From Dehalococcoidia bacterium (GTDB lineage Bacteria; Chloroflexota; Dehalococcoidia; Lucifugimonadales; UBA2985): a stretch of 64,000 nucleotides of DNA. Location: assembly GCA_965261605.1 (NCBI GenBank), contig OZ253466.1, positions 2,401,210 to 2,465,209 of the forward strand, written 5' to 3'. This document shows positions 16,591-25,384 of this stretch, piece by piece (position 1 is the first letter of the stretch; every line of letters begins with the position of its first letter). Made by a program: the position numbers and the translations under genes. A model generated the notes under the pieces. The model saw only the letters and a program-made list of their open reading frames with translations, was not told the origin of the DNA and searched no databases.

Positions 16591-18336
16591 TTAAATTCTG
16601 ATTTCCAGCGGCTGCGCCGATGTCCATCGAGGCCTTGTGCGCTGGGGAGTGAATACGGGGCCGGTGCACTGTCCCGTCGGGCACCTGCCCTCCTCCATGT
16701 GGGCTGCGAAATCCTCAGGGAAGTGCTGGAGGGCGGATTGGACAGGGTTCCATCCCAGCTGCCCATGTCCGCAGAGGGAGGCCGAGGCCATGTTCTGGCC
16801 GACGGTACGCATGAGCTCCATGTCGCCCGGCCTCGTCTGGAACCTGGATATGCGCTCCAGTATCTCCAGAATATTGGTCATTCCCAGTCGGCAAGGGAAG
16901 CACTTGCCGCAGGACTCGTACTGGCAGAAGGCTATGAGCAGACGGGTCATGTCGACGGCGCAGGCCCGGTCGTCGGCGACTATGATTCCGCCGGAGCCAA
17001 GGATGGCGCCGGCCCGCTGCATAGCGTCGAAATCGAGCGGAATGTCCACCTGTTCCGCTGAGAGGACGCCTCCAAGGGGGCCACCCGTCTGAAGGAACTT
17101 GGCCTGCCTTCCCCCGGGGACGCCTCCGACAACTTCGTCGATAACCTCCCGGATAGTGATGCCCATTGGAACCTCAACCATGCCGGGCATTGAGATGTTG
17201 CCGGACAGGCAGAGGATTGCCGTGCCCTTGCTGCTCTCCGTACCGATGCCTGCAAACCACTCCCCTCCCCTGGCTATGATCTCCGGCACGTAGGAGAGGG
17301 TCTTGATGTTGTTGATGTTGCTGGGAAGCTGCCAGACTCCCGCCTGAGCCGGGAACGGAGGGCGGTACCTTGGCATGGCGCGCTTCCCCTCGATGGACTC
17401 CATGAGGGCCGTCTCCTCTCCGGCGACGTAGGACTCGCCCGTCAGGGAGACCTCCACGTCGAAGCTGAAGGAGGATCCCAGGATGTTTTCGCCAAGCAAG
17501 CCCAACTCGTAGGCCTGCTCAATGGCCCGCTCCGTCCTCTCGATAGGCCCGTGATGGCCGTGTCGTATGAAAACAATACCGTTGCTGGCGCCCGTTGCGT
17601 ACCCGGCCAGTATGGTGCCCTCTATAAGAGAGTGGGGGTCGCTTTCCAGGATGCCCTTGTCGTTGTAGGCTCCGGGGTCTCCCTCCTCGCAGTTGCACAG
17701 GATGTACTTCACAGGGCCGGGTGAGCGAGACAGGAAGCTCCACTTGGTGCCAGTCGGGAAGGCCGCGCCTCCCCTGCCCCGCAGACCGGAAGTTTGCACC
17801 TCTTGGACGACGTCCTGGGGTTGCATCTGCGAAACGGCCTTGGCGAGGGCCGCGTAGCCGCCCTGCGCTATGTACTGGTAAATATCCAGGGGATCGATGT
17901 GGCCGCAGTTGCGCAGGGCTACCCGAACCTGCCGTCCCCACATCGGAAGGTCATCCAGGCGAGGTATGCCATTCACCGCTCCGTCCCCTGTGTAGCCCAA
18001 GGCCAGGTCAGGGCGAGGGTCGTCTCCGACCAAGTAGGACTCAATCAGCGCGGAAACCTGCTCCGGCGCTATGTTCTTGTAGAAGATTCTTGGCATACCC
18101 GGCTTCTGGATGTCCACCAGAGGCTCAGCGAAGCACAGACCCAGGCAGCCGACGGGGCTGATGTTTGCGGCAATGCCCCTGCTCTCAAGCTCGGACCTGA
18201 ACGCCTCCACCACTTCCATAGCGCCCGCGGCCTCTCCGCAGACGGCGGTGCCGATGCGAATCCACGGCTTGTCGCCGGCTTCAAGCTCCTGATAGCGGCG
18301 TTGCGCCTCTTGCTGGATTTCTTCGTAGCCGGCCAT
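16591..18336 (-). CDS. NuoF/FdsB-like NAD(H)- and FMN-binding 51-kDa-type flavoprotein with an N-terminal thioredoxin-like domain
   Basis: 581-aa ORF with GLRGRGGAAFPTGTKW, CNCEEGDPGAY and the N3 cluster motif ESCGKCFPCRLG. An extra domain of about 100 aa sits at the N-terminus. Confidence 0.92.
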   Translation of the reverse strand: MAGYEEIQQEAQRRYQELEAGDKPWIRIGTAVCGEAAGAMEVVEAFRSELESRGIAANISPVGCLGLCFAEPLVDIQKPGMPRIFYKNIAPEQVSALIESYLVGDDPRPDLALGYTGDGAVNGIPRLDDLPMWGRQVRVALRNCGHIDPLDIYQYIAQGGYAALAKAVSQMQPQDVVQEVQTSGLRGRGGAAFPTGTKWSFLSRSPGPVKYILCNCEEGDPGAYNDKGILESDPHSLIEGTILAGYATGASNGIVFIRHGHHGPIERTERAIEQAYELGLLGENILGSSFSFDVEVSLTGESYVAGEETALMESIEGKRAMPRYRPPFPAQAGVWQLPSNINNIKTLSYVPEIIARGGEWFAGIGTESSKGTAILCLSGNISMPGMVEVPMGITIREVIDEVVGGVPGGRQAKFLQTGGPLGGVLSAEQVDIPLDFDAMQRAGAILGSGGIIVADDRACAVDMTRLLIAFCQYESCGKCFPCRLGMTNILEILERISRFQTRPGDMELMRTVGQNMASASLCGHGQLGWNPVQSALQHFPEDFAAHMEEGRCPTGQCTGPVFTPQRTRPRWTSAQPLEIRI

Positions 18337-18347
18337 AGCGTGAAGTC

Positions 18348-18917
18348 CTAGCTCCCGTTCCTGAGGTTGCCAATCATTTTTGAGATGCTCTGGGACATGG
18401 GAGCCTCTTGCCGTTCGGCCAAGGCTTGCGGTCCCAATATCTTGTCGTCAATGCGAACCACCGGGCCTTGGGAGCAGGCCCCCAGGCAGGTGTTGTACTT
18501 CAGGGATACCTTCCCGTCCGGGGTGTCGCCTTCCTCCGTAAGTCCAAGGGTCTGGAGGACGGACTGCAATAGCTCCATAGCGCCCAGCAGGTGGCAGGTC
18601 GGGCCCCAGCACACCTCTACCACGTGCTCGCCGGGGGGAGTGAATCGGAAGTTGGTGTAGAAGGACGCCACGCCCCACACGTCGTTGACGGTGGAGTTGG
18701 TGAAGGTGGCCACCTCTTCGATGGCCTCCCGTGGTATGTAGCCAATCTCGTCTTCGATGGCCAGGAGAGATGATAGCATGGTGACGGTCCTGGCTGTCTG
18801 GTTAGCCAGGGCTGCTCTCACTTGCTCTCTCACGTCGCCGTTGCTGTTCACGATATACTTAGACCTCGTGAAATTTCTAACTATGCGGATGTTAGCACAA
18901 GGCGATGGATGGTTCAA
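18348..18917 (-). CDS. NuoE/FdsG-like 2Fe-2S (24-kDa-type) subunit
   Basis: VEVCWGPTCHLLGA ... NTCLGACSQGPV gives the four-Cys thioredoxin-like ferredoxin pattern. The start is uncertain (ATG 18917 or a downstream GTG). Confidence 0.85.
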   Translation of the reverse strand: MNHPSPCANIRIVRNFTRSKYIVNSNGDVREQVRAALANQTARTVTMLSSLLAIEDEIGYIPREAIEEVATFTNSTVNDVWGVASFYTNFRFTPPGEHVVEVCWGPTCHLLGAMELLQSVLQTLGLTEEGDTPDGKVSLKYNTCLGACSQGPVVRIDDKILGPQALAERQEAPMSQSISKMIGNLRNGS

Positions 18918-18995
18918 TAGTTTGCACTTGTCTTGATGAGGGGGTATGTCGATAGTACAATAGCCCCGTTCAAACGATACACAGGAGAGAGGGAT

Positions 18996-19466
18996 ATGTA
19001 CAGCGCTGCAACAACAGTCGATGAGTACCTGGACGAGCTTTCGGAGGACAGGCGCGCCTCGATGGAGACTGTGCGCAAAGTGATCTTGGACAGCATCCCT
19101 GAGGGATACGAAGAGATCATGCAGTTCGGGATGATAGGCTACGTCATCCCCCTGGAGCGGTATCCGGTGACGTACAACGGCCAGGCGTTGCAGGCGGTTG
19201 CGCTCTGCTCCCAGAAGAACTACATGTCTCTGTACCTGATGAACGTCTACGGAGACCAGAAACTCCAGGAGTGGTTCGAGGAGGAGTACCGTGCGAGCGG
19301 CAAGAAGCTCAACATGGGGAAGGCCTGCATACGCTTCAAGAAGCCGGAAGACCTGTCAATGGATTTGATTGCCAAGGCCATTTCCCTGACTTCGGTGGAG
19401 CAGTACATCGAGATCTACGAGGCGGCCCGGGCCAAGACAAGCAAGCCGGTCAAGCGTTCCAAGTAG
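18996..19466 (+). CDS. DUF1801 (YdhG-like) domain protein
   Basis: ATG 18996 is preceded by AGGAGAGAGGG. The product MYSAATTVDEYLDELSEDRRASMETVRKVILDSIPEGYEE... resembles the YdhG/DUF1801 family. Confidence 0.7.
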   Translation: MYSAATTVDEYLDELSEDRRASMETVRKVILDSIPEGYEEIMQFGMIGYVIPLERYPVTYNGQALQAVALCSQKNYMSLYLMNVYGDQKLQEWFEEEYRASGKKLNMGKACIRFKKPEDLSMDLIAKAISLTSVEQYIEIYEAARAKTSKPVKRSK

Positions 19467-19498
19467 AGCCGCAACTCACAATGGGGTCGTTTGTAAAT

Positions 19499-19612
19499 CC
19501 TCTTCCCAATTGAGGGGAGACATTCGCATAAATTCACATAGTCCACCCCTGCGAAAGCAGGGGTCTACTGGGTGGAATTACAGGTGTTCTGGATTCCTGC
19601 TTCCGCAGGAAT
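19499..19612. repeat. Cluster of short palindromic intergenic units (families D and B)
   Basis: The units are tcttcccaattgaggggaga (19499-19520), tccacccctgcgaaagcaggggtctactgggtgga (19542-19576) and attcctgcttccgcaggaat (19593-19612). Related units occur at 27905-27926, 28045-28058 and 50395-50414. Confidence 0.6.
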
Positions 19613-19670
19613 GGATGAGGAGAATGCTTCTTTCAAGTAGACCACTCTATTCAGGATGCCCGGCCCTCTT

Positions 19671-20258
19671 CTAGCTGAGCTCCCTCAGGTCCACCACCCA
19701 CGCGTCCCTTTTTCCAGGCGTCAGCTCAAGTATCGCCACGGAGCCCAGCCTGCGCATCTGCCTGGGCAGCGAAGGGCTTCCGGGGTTGATGAATAGCAGT
19801 CCCTGGTGCTCTTCCACCAGCGTGTGAAGGGTGCGGCCGAACACCACGATGTCCAGCGCCGTCCCAAAGTACTCCTCCACCATCACTGGCAGAGCCCCCT
19901 CGGGCAGATGGTGGGCCTCAATGATCCCTGGCAGTAGCTCGTCGGAAAAGCCGTCCATAAGCAGGTTGTTCACCACGCCTACCACGTGGCCTTCCAACTC
20001 CATGATCTGCTGCTGGGCGACCCTTGGGTCGCCGGCGCACTCCATAGCATAGGCCGTTGGGGTCTCCATTCGGTCGCCGTAAATGGCCCCGGCCGCCTTC
20101 ACCGGCGCGATGCGCTCCAGCCAGTCCAGGGTGCCAGTCCGGTATATGTTGCCGGAGTGAAGAATGAGATCGACCCCCTGGAAGGCGGTTGCCACCTGTG
20201 GCGGCACCTCCGTTGCGCCGCCGGGTACATGGGTGTCCGAAATGAGGCCTATTCGCAT
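19671..20258 (-). CDS. YfcE/MJ0936-type metallophosphoesterase
   Basis: ATG 20258 has an AAGGAGAA RBS. The product MRIGLISDTHVP...DLILHSGNI... shows the calcineurin-like phosphoesterase motifs DxH and GN. The ORF-track N-terminal extension overlaps the upstream gene. Confidence 0.8.
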   Translation of the reverse strand: MRIGLISDTHVPGGATEVPPQVATAFQGVDLILHSGNIYRTGTLDWLERIAPVKAAGAIYGDRMETPTAYAMECAGDPRVAQQQIMELEGHVVGVVNNLLMDGFSDELLPGIIEAHHLPEGALPVMVEEYFGTALDIVVFGRTLHTLVEEHQGLLFINPGSPSLPRQMRRLGSVAILELTPGKRDAWVVDLRELS

Positions 20259-20275
20259 AGTGTTCTCCTTCAGTC

Positions 20276-21604
20276 CTATCCCAGGTCCGACATTATCATG
20301 TCGGCTACCTGCTTGCCCATGCGCACGCTGTAGTTGGTGCCCCGGTCCTCCGGGTACACCTGGGTGGTGTTCGCCAGGTACAGGTCCCTGATGGGCGTGC
20401 GGTGGTCGGGTATCTGCTGGGAGTAGTTGGTCCCGATTATTGGCTGGGCCGCCGCCACCTTGTGATAGTGCCATTCCTCAATCCAGGAGGGGTCGAAGCG
20501 GGGGTTTATCTTCTTCAGGTGCGGTGTGTACTCGTCAAGCAGCTCCTGCTCAGACATGTGGAACAGCGGGCTGTCCTCCCCCAGGTAGTTGGAGATGTAC
20601 AGGATGTGCTTGCCCCCGTAGAGGGATGGGTCGACGAAGTTGGTCTGCTCTATGAGGCCCACAAATGGGATTGAGCGGTCGGCTATGTTCAGCCAGTAGA
20701 TGTGCGAAAGCGGCTCCTTGAGAACCAGGATAACCAGCACCGCCGACAGGTATGTGACGTTCTGTAGCTTTTCCAGGTAGTCCTGCGGCAGCGACGGCAC
20801 CAGCCTTGGAAAGACGTAGGACGGGGTTGTGGCCAGCACGGCGTCGAATCGACGGACGTCAGCGCCGCCGTCGGCGTTCGGGATCTCCAGGCCTACGGCC
20901 CGGCCGTCCTCCACGGCGATGGACCTGACAGGTGTGGAGAGGTTCACTTCGCTGCCCTGCTCCCTGATGCGTTCCGCCAGCACCTCGAATATCTCCGCAA
21001 AGCTGCCCATCGGATAACCAAGACGCTCCCTCTGCATTCCCTTCAGCCCCTTGCCGCGTGAGGCGAAGCGGGTCTGTATCTTGCCCCAGAACCAGGGCAT
21101 CCCCACCTTGTCGAAGTGCGCCCCGAACTTGCCCCTCAGCAGCGGGCCCCACACCACGTCATAGACGCCCTTGCCGGCGTACTTGCGGATCCAATCCGAA
21201 GCCACAAAAGGCTCCAGTTTCCGCCAGTCCTTATACCTGCGCAGGTACAGAGTGACCAGCCCCAGCCTGAATCGGTCCAACAGGCTCAGGGGCGTGAAGC
21301 GCAGGAGGTCGCCCGGAGTCACGAAGTTGTAGATCTTGTCGCCGTAGAAGATACCCACCGTGGACTCTATCCAGGCCATCTTGTGGCCCAGGCCAATCTC
21401 GTGGACCAGATCAACTATGTCCGTGTCGCTTGTGAAGAGGTGGTGGTATCCCCTCTCCAGCCGGCCGCCTCCCACGTCGAACGTAGAAGCCTGCCCGCCC
21501 AGGAAGGGCGCGCCCTCGTAAACCGACGCCTGGTGCCCGGCCTTGCCCAGGGCATAGGCGGCCGCCAGTCCGGCCGCGCCCGCCCCTATTATGCCAACTC
21601 TCAT
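20276..21604 (-). CDS. FAD/NAD(P)-dependent oxidoreductase (amine-oxidase / phytoene-desaturase-like fold)
   Basis: It has the N-terminal dinucleotide-binding motif MRVGIIGAGAAGLAAAYALGKAGHQASVYEGAPFLGGQA. 442 aa. Confidence 0.85.
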   Translation of the reverse strand: MRVGIIGAGAAGLAAAYALGKAGHQASVYEGAPFLGGQASTFDVGGGRLERGYHHLFTSDTDIVDLVHEIGLGHKMAWIESTVGIFYGDKIYNFVTPGDLLRFTPLSLLDRFRLGLVTLYLRRYKDWRKLEPFVASDWIRKYAGKGVYDVVWGPLLRGKFGAHFDKVGMPWFWGKIQTRFASRGKGLKGMQRERLGYPMGSFAEIFEVLAERIREQGSEVNLSTPVRSIAVEDGRAVGLEIPNADGGADVRRFDAVLATTPSYVFPRLVPSLPQDYLEKLQNVTYLSAVLVILVLKEPLSHIYWLNIADRSIPFVGLIEQTNFVDPSLYGGKHILYISNYLGEDSPLFHMSEQELLDEYTPHLKKINPRFDPSWIEEWHYHKVAAAQPIIGTNYSQQIPDHRTPIRDLYLANTTQVYPEDRGTNYSVRMGKQVADMIMSDLG

Positions 21605-22764
21605 CGGGAATCCTCCGTTTCCGGTCTCGCTCCCGTAGTTGGATACGGCAACGGGGATGTCTGCATTCGGCTCTCTCGCGTTAGCTGGCCAAAGGATACC
21701 TTCTCAGCCCAGAGGAATACAAAGCCCAGCAATGTCACGGGTATGAGCAGCGCCGCATGCACCACGATGGTGTACGCGCCCGCCGCTGACGCCTCCGCTC
21801 CCAGCAGCGTGAGGGTCGTGGCCGCCGCCACCTCGAAGGCTCCGACGCCTCCTCCGGCCGCCGGCACCGACGTAGCCAGGTTGGAGACGGCGGTGACCAG
21901 CAGTATGACGCCCGCCATCTCGGCCAGGCCAAAGGACTTGTCCAGGTTGAAGGAGAAGGCGACTATGTAGTACATCAGCGCCTCCATCAGCCACACCGGC
22001 AGGGAGAGCAGGAACACCACCGCAAGGCGTCTGGGGTCCTTCAGCGACGCGAGCCCGTCGATGAACACGTTGATCAGCCCTCTCACCCGGTCCCTGACCC
22101 GGGCTGGGAGGATACCCGTCGTACGGTCCAGCAGGGTCTCGAACCAGGGAGGCGAGGACGCTGCGGCTATCATGAAGAGGAGCACCCCGACAAACGGCAT
22201 CGACATCGCCAGTGCCAGCAACACCCAGGGGACTCCCGCCTTGTCCGCTAGCCCCTGCAGCAGTCCTACTATCGGCAGGAACAGGCCGACGACCGCGGCG
22301 AAGAAAAGGAGCGTGAGGCCGTCGAACACCCGCTCCACGGCTATGGTGGCAAGCGCAGCGACCTTGCTGACATTCTCCCGCTCCCCCACGTAGTAGGCCC
22401 TCACCACCTCACCCAGGCGCACGGGGAGAATGTTGTTGGCCATATAGCCGACCACCACCACGGGGTAAAGGCGCCGGACGCTCAGGCCCTTCACCGGCGC
22501 AAGAAGGTACTGCCACCGGAAGGTTCGGAAGAAGACCGAACCGAAGTAGACCAGAATGGCCGGTACAAGCGCAAAGTAGTTGGCCTCTCCCATCTTCTCC
22601 CACGTCTCGCCGATGTCCAGGCGGGACAGGAAGATGCCCAGGAAGAGTGCGCTTATCCCTATGGCAAGCCAGAAGCGGTAGGACTTGTGCAAACGCGAGG
22701 CTCCAAGCTCAAGAGGTTTGGTTACAATTGAACCAGTATACCTACAATGTACGAACGAGGACAA
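21601..22764 (-). CDS. UPF0104 / lysyl-phosphatidylglycerol-synthase-TM-region-like (flippase-like) membrane protein
   Basis: 387-aa polytopic ORF. It overlaps the downstream oxidoreductase by 4 nt. The start is uncertain. Confidence 0.7.
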   Translation of the reverse strand: MSSFVHCRYTGSIVTKPLELGASRLHKSYRFWLAIGISALFLGIFLSRLDIGETWEKMGEANYFALVPAILVYFGSVFFRTFRWQYLLAPVKGLSVRRLYPVVVVGYMANNILPVRLGEVVRAYYVGERENVSKVAALATIAVERVFDGLTLLFFAAVVGLFLPIVGLLQGLADKAGVPWVLLALAMSMPFVGVLLFMIAAASSPPWFETLLDRTTGILPARVRDRVRGLINVFIDGLASLKDPRRLAVVFLLSLPVWLMEALMYYIVAFSFNLDKSFGLAEMAGVILLVTAVSNLATSVPAAGGGVGAFEVAAATTLTLLGAEASAAGAYTIVVHAALLIPVTLLGFVFLWAEKVSFGQLTRESRMQTSPLPYPTTGARPETEDSR

Positions 22765-22797
22765 TACGGGAGGCCTCGCCGGTATTCCCAGGGTCTG

Positions 22798-22826
22798 TTG
22801 ATATTGGCGAACAGCGCCGCTATGAT
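22798..22826 (+). promoter_or_regulatory. Sigma-70-like promoter (TTGATA-17 nt-TATGAT) for LRR gene 1
   Basis: TTGATA at 22798-22803 and TATGAT at 22821-22826. Downstream are a small palindrome attggc-N6-gccaat (22841-22858) and an RBS GGGAGG (22864-22869). Confidence 0.45.
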
Positions 22827-22878
22827 ACCCGAATGAATCTATTGGCTATGGCGCCAATAAAAACGGGAGGTAAAGAAA

Positions 22879-24147
22879 ATGATCCGTACACACACGACAA
22901 GATACGTGACCCTGCTGAGCGTTGTCCTTGCGCTGGCCCTTACGGCAGCGCTCGCGGCCTGCGGCGGCGATGAGCCGGACGCCGACGGAGAGCGGACCGC
23001 GACGCCCCGGACGGAGGCCACGGAGACCGGGGACGGGGACGCGGCCACCGCTGAGCCGCGATCTACGGCGGCGACAGCGCCGCTGCTCACCATTGGGCGG
23101 ACCTCCGCCGAAACGGACCGGGAAGCGCTGGTTGCCCTCTACAACGCAACGGACGGTGAGAACTGGTATAGTAGCGACAACTGGCTGAGCGCCTTGCCCC
23201 TCGGCGAATGGGAGGACGTAACCACCAACGCCGACGGGCGCGTTACAGAGCTGAACATTAACAACAACAGCCTGCTCGGGGAGATACCGCCGGAGTTGGG
23301 CAGCCTCTCCAACCTAGTAGAGTTGCACCTCAGCTACAACGACTTGAGCGGGGAGATACCGGCGGAGCTGGGCAGCCTCTCCAACCTGACATATCTGGGC
23401 CTCAACAGCAACGACTTGAGCGGGGAGATACCGGCGGAGCTGGGCAGCCTCTCCAACCTGACATATCTGGACCTCGACAACAACGACTTGAGCGGGGAGA
23501 TACCGCCGGAGCTGGGCAGCCTCTCCAAGCTGACATATCTGGGCCTCAACAGCAACTATTTGAGCGGGGAGATACTGCCGGAGCTGGGCAGCCTCTCCAA
23601 CCTTGAATTGCTGCTCCTCGACGGCAACGAGTTGAGCGGGGAGATACCGCCGGAGCTGGGCAGCCTCTCCAACCTAGTAGAGTTGCTCCTCGACGGCAAC
23701 GAGTTGAGCGGGGAGATACCGCCGGAGCTGGGCAGCCTCTCCAACCTAGTAGAGTTGCGCCTCGACTACAACGAGTTGAGCGGGGAGATACCGGCGGAGT
23801 TGGGCGGCCTCTCCAACCTTGAATTGCTGCTCCTCGACGGCAACGACTTGAGCGGGGAGATACCGCCGGAGCTGGGCAGCCTCTCCAACCTGACATTTCT
23901 GGGCCTCGGCAGCAACGACTTGAGCGGGGAGATACCGGCGGAGCTGGGCAGCCTCTCCAACCTTGAATTGCTGCTCCTCGACTACAACGAGTTGAGCGGG
24001 GAGATACCGGCGGAGTTGGGCGGCCTCTCCAACCTTGAATTGCTGCACCTCGACTACAACGAGTTGAGCGGGTGCGCTCCGGCCAGTTTGAACCGCAACA
24101 GCTTAAGCGTTCTCCTGCCGGATACCGTGGACGGCTATTGCCCGTAG
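22879..24147 (+). CDS. Lipoprotein with about 12 plant-specific-type 24-residue leucine-rich repeats (paralog 1 of 4)
   Basis: It has a lipobox LAAC|GGDEPDADGER, a Thr/Ala/Glu/Pro linker and an N-cap DREALVALYNATDGENW...PLGEWEDVTTNADGRVTEL. These are followed by 11 SGEIPxELGxLSNL cores and a C-cap LSGCAPASL...VDGYCP. Confidence 0.9.
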   Translation: MIRTHTTRYVTLLSVVLALALTAALAACGGDEPDADGERTATPRTEATETGDGDAATAEPRSTAATAPLLTIGRTSAETDREALVALYNATDGENWYSSDNWLSALPLGEWEDVTTNADGRVTELNINNNSLLGEIPPELGSLSNLVELHLSYNDLSGEIPAELGSLSNLTYLGLNSNDLSGEIPAELGSLSNLTYLDLDNNDLSGEIPPELGSLSKLTYLGLNSNYLSGEILPELGSLSNLELLLLDGNELSGEIPPELGSLSNLVELLLDGNELSGEIPPELGSLSNLVELRLDYNELSGEIPAELGGLSNLELLLLDGNDLSGEIPPELGSLSNLTFLGLGSNDLSGEIPAELGSLSNLELLLLDYNELSGEIPAELGGLSNLELLHLDYNELSGCAPASLNRNSLSVLLPDTVDGYCP

Positions 24148-24182
24148 AGGTCGGCGCTAAGTAAAGATAGGAGGTCACGATA

Positions 24183-25352
24183 ATGACGAGTGCAGGAACC
24201 ACGAGATGGCTTGCCTTGCTGGGCATTGTCCTTGCGCTGGCGCTGCCCGCAGTCCTCATAGCCTGCGGCGGCGATGCGCCGGACGCCGACGGAGAGCGGA
24301 CCGTGATGCCCCGGACAGAGGCTGCGTCCACGCCCGCGACGGAAGCGGCAGCTTCCACCGCCATGCCGGGGGACGCGCCCACCGCCACCGCTGCGCCGCG
24401 GCCGACGGCTACCAAAGCGCCGCTGCTCACCATTGGGCGGACCTCCGGCTCCGCCAAAACGGACCGGGAGGCGCTGGTTGCCCTCTACAACGCAACGGCC
24501 GGTGAGAAATGGAAAGGAAACGAAAACTGGCTGAGTGACGCGCCCCTGGGCGAATGGGAGGACGTAACCACCAACGCCGACGGGCGCGTTACAGAGCTGC
24601 TCATATGGGGCAACCTGTTGAGCGGGGAGATACCGCCGGAACTGGGCAGCCTCGCCAACCTGAAAACGCTGTTCCTCGAATCCAACGAGTTGAGCGGGGA
24701 GATACCGCCGGAGCTGGGCAACCTCGCCAACCTGACATTTCTGGGCCTCGGCGGGAACCAGTTGAGCGGGGAGATTCCGCCGGAGCTGGGCAGCCTCGCC
24801 AACCTGCAAGAGCTGGACCTCAGGGTCAACCTGTTGAGCGGGGAGATTCCGCCGGAGTTGGGCAGCCTCGCCAACCTGGAATTGCTGTACCTCTCCGACA
24901 ACGAGTTGAGTGGAGAGATACCGCCGGAGCTGGGCAACCTCGCCAACCTGCAAGGGCTGCAGCTCTACAACAACGATTTGAGTGGGGAGATACCGCCGGA
25001 GCTTGGCAGCCTCGCCAACCTGCAACAGTTGACGCTCAACCACAACGATTTGAGTGGGGAGATACCGCCGGAGCTTGGCAGCCTCTCCAACCTGGAATGG
25101 CTGGTCCTCAGCGACAACGAGTTGAGTGGAGAGATACCGCCGGAGCTTGGTAGCCTCGCCAACCTGCTAGGGCTGTACCTCTCCGACAATCAGTTGAGCG
25201 GGGAGATTCCGCCGGAGCTGGGCAGCATCTCCAACCTGGAAACGCTGTACCTCAGCCAAAACCAGTTGAGCGGATGCGCTCCGGCTAGTTTGAAACGTGA
25301 CGGGCTTATATACCTTCGCCTGCCGGATTCCGTGGACGGCTTTTGCCCGTAG
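24183..25352 (+). CDS. LRR lipoprotein paralog 2 (about 10 repeats)
   Basis: The RBS is AGATAGGAGGTC and the lipobox LIAC|GGDAPDADGER. It carries 9 SGEIPPELG[SN]L[AS]NL cores and a C-cap LSGCAPASL...VDGFCP. Confidence 0.9.
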   Translation: MTSAGTTRWLALLGIVLALALPAVLIACGGDAPDADGERTVMPRTEAASTPATEAAASTAMPGDAPTATAAPRPTATKAPLLTIGRTSGSAKTDREALVALYNATAGEKWKGNENWLSDAPLGEWEDVTTNADGRVTELLIWGNLLSGEIPPELGSLANLKTLFLESNELSGEIPPELGNLANLTFLGLGGNQLSGEIPPELGSLANLQELDLRVNLLSGEIPPELGSLANLELLYLSDNELSGEIPPELGNLANLQGLQLYNNDLSGEIPPELGSLANLQQLTLNHNDLSGEIPPELGSLSNLEWLVLSDNELSGEIPPELGSLANLLGLYLSDNQLSGEIPPELGSISNLETLYLSQNQLSGCAPASLKRDGLIYLRLPDSVDGFCP

Positions 25353-25384
25353 CGGCCGGCGCTAAGCAGAGATAGGAGGTCCCG

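Noticed and set aside
16583-16684. 34-aa N-terminal extension of the FdhA-like ORF
   Set aside because: It overlaps the 3' end of the nuoF-like gene. ATG 16582 has an RBS and begins the conserved 2Fe-2S domain.
20259-20474. 72-aa N-terminal extension of the phosphoesterase ORF
   Set aside because: It overlaps the upstream oxidoreductase gene. MRIGLISDTH at ATG 20258 is the canonical family start and has a good RBS.
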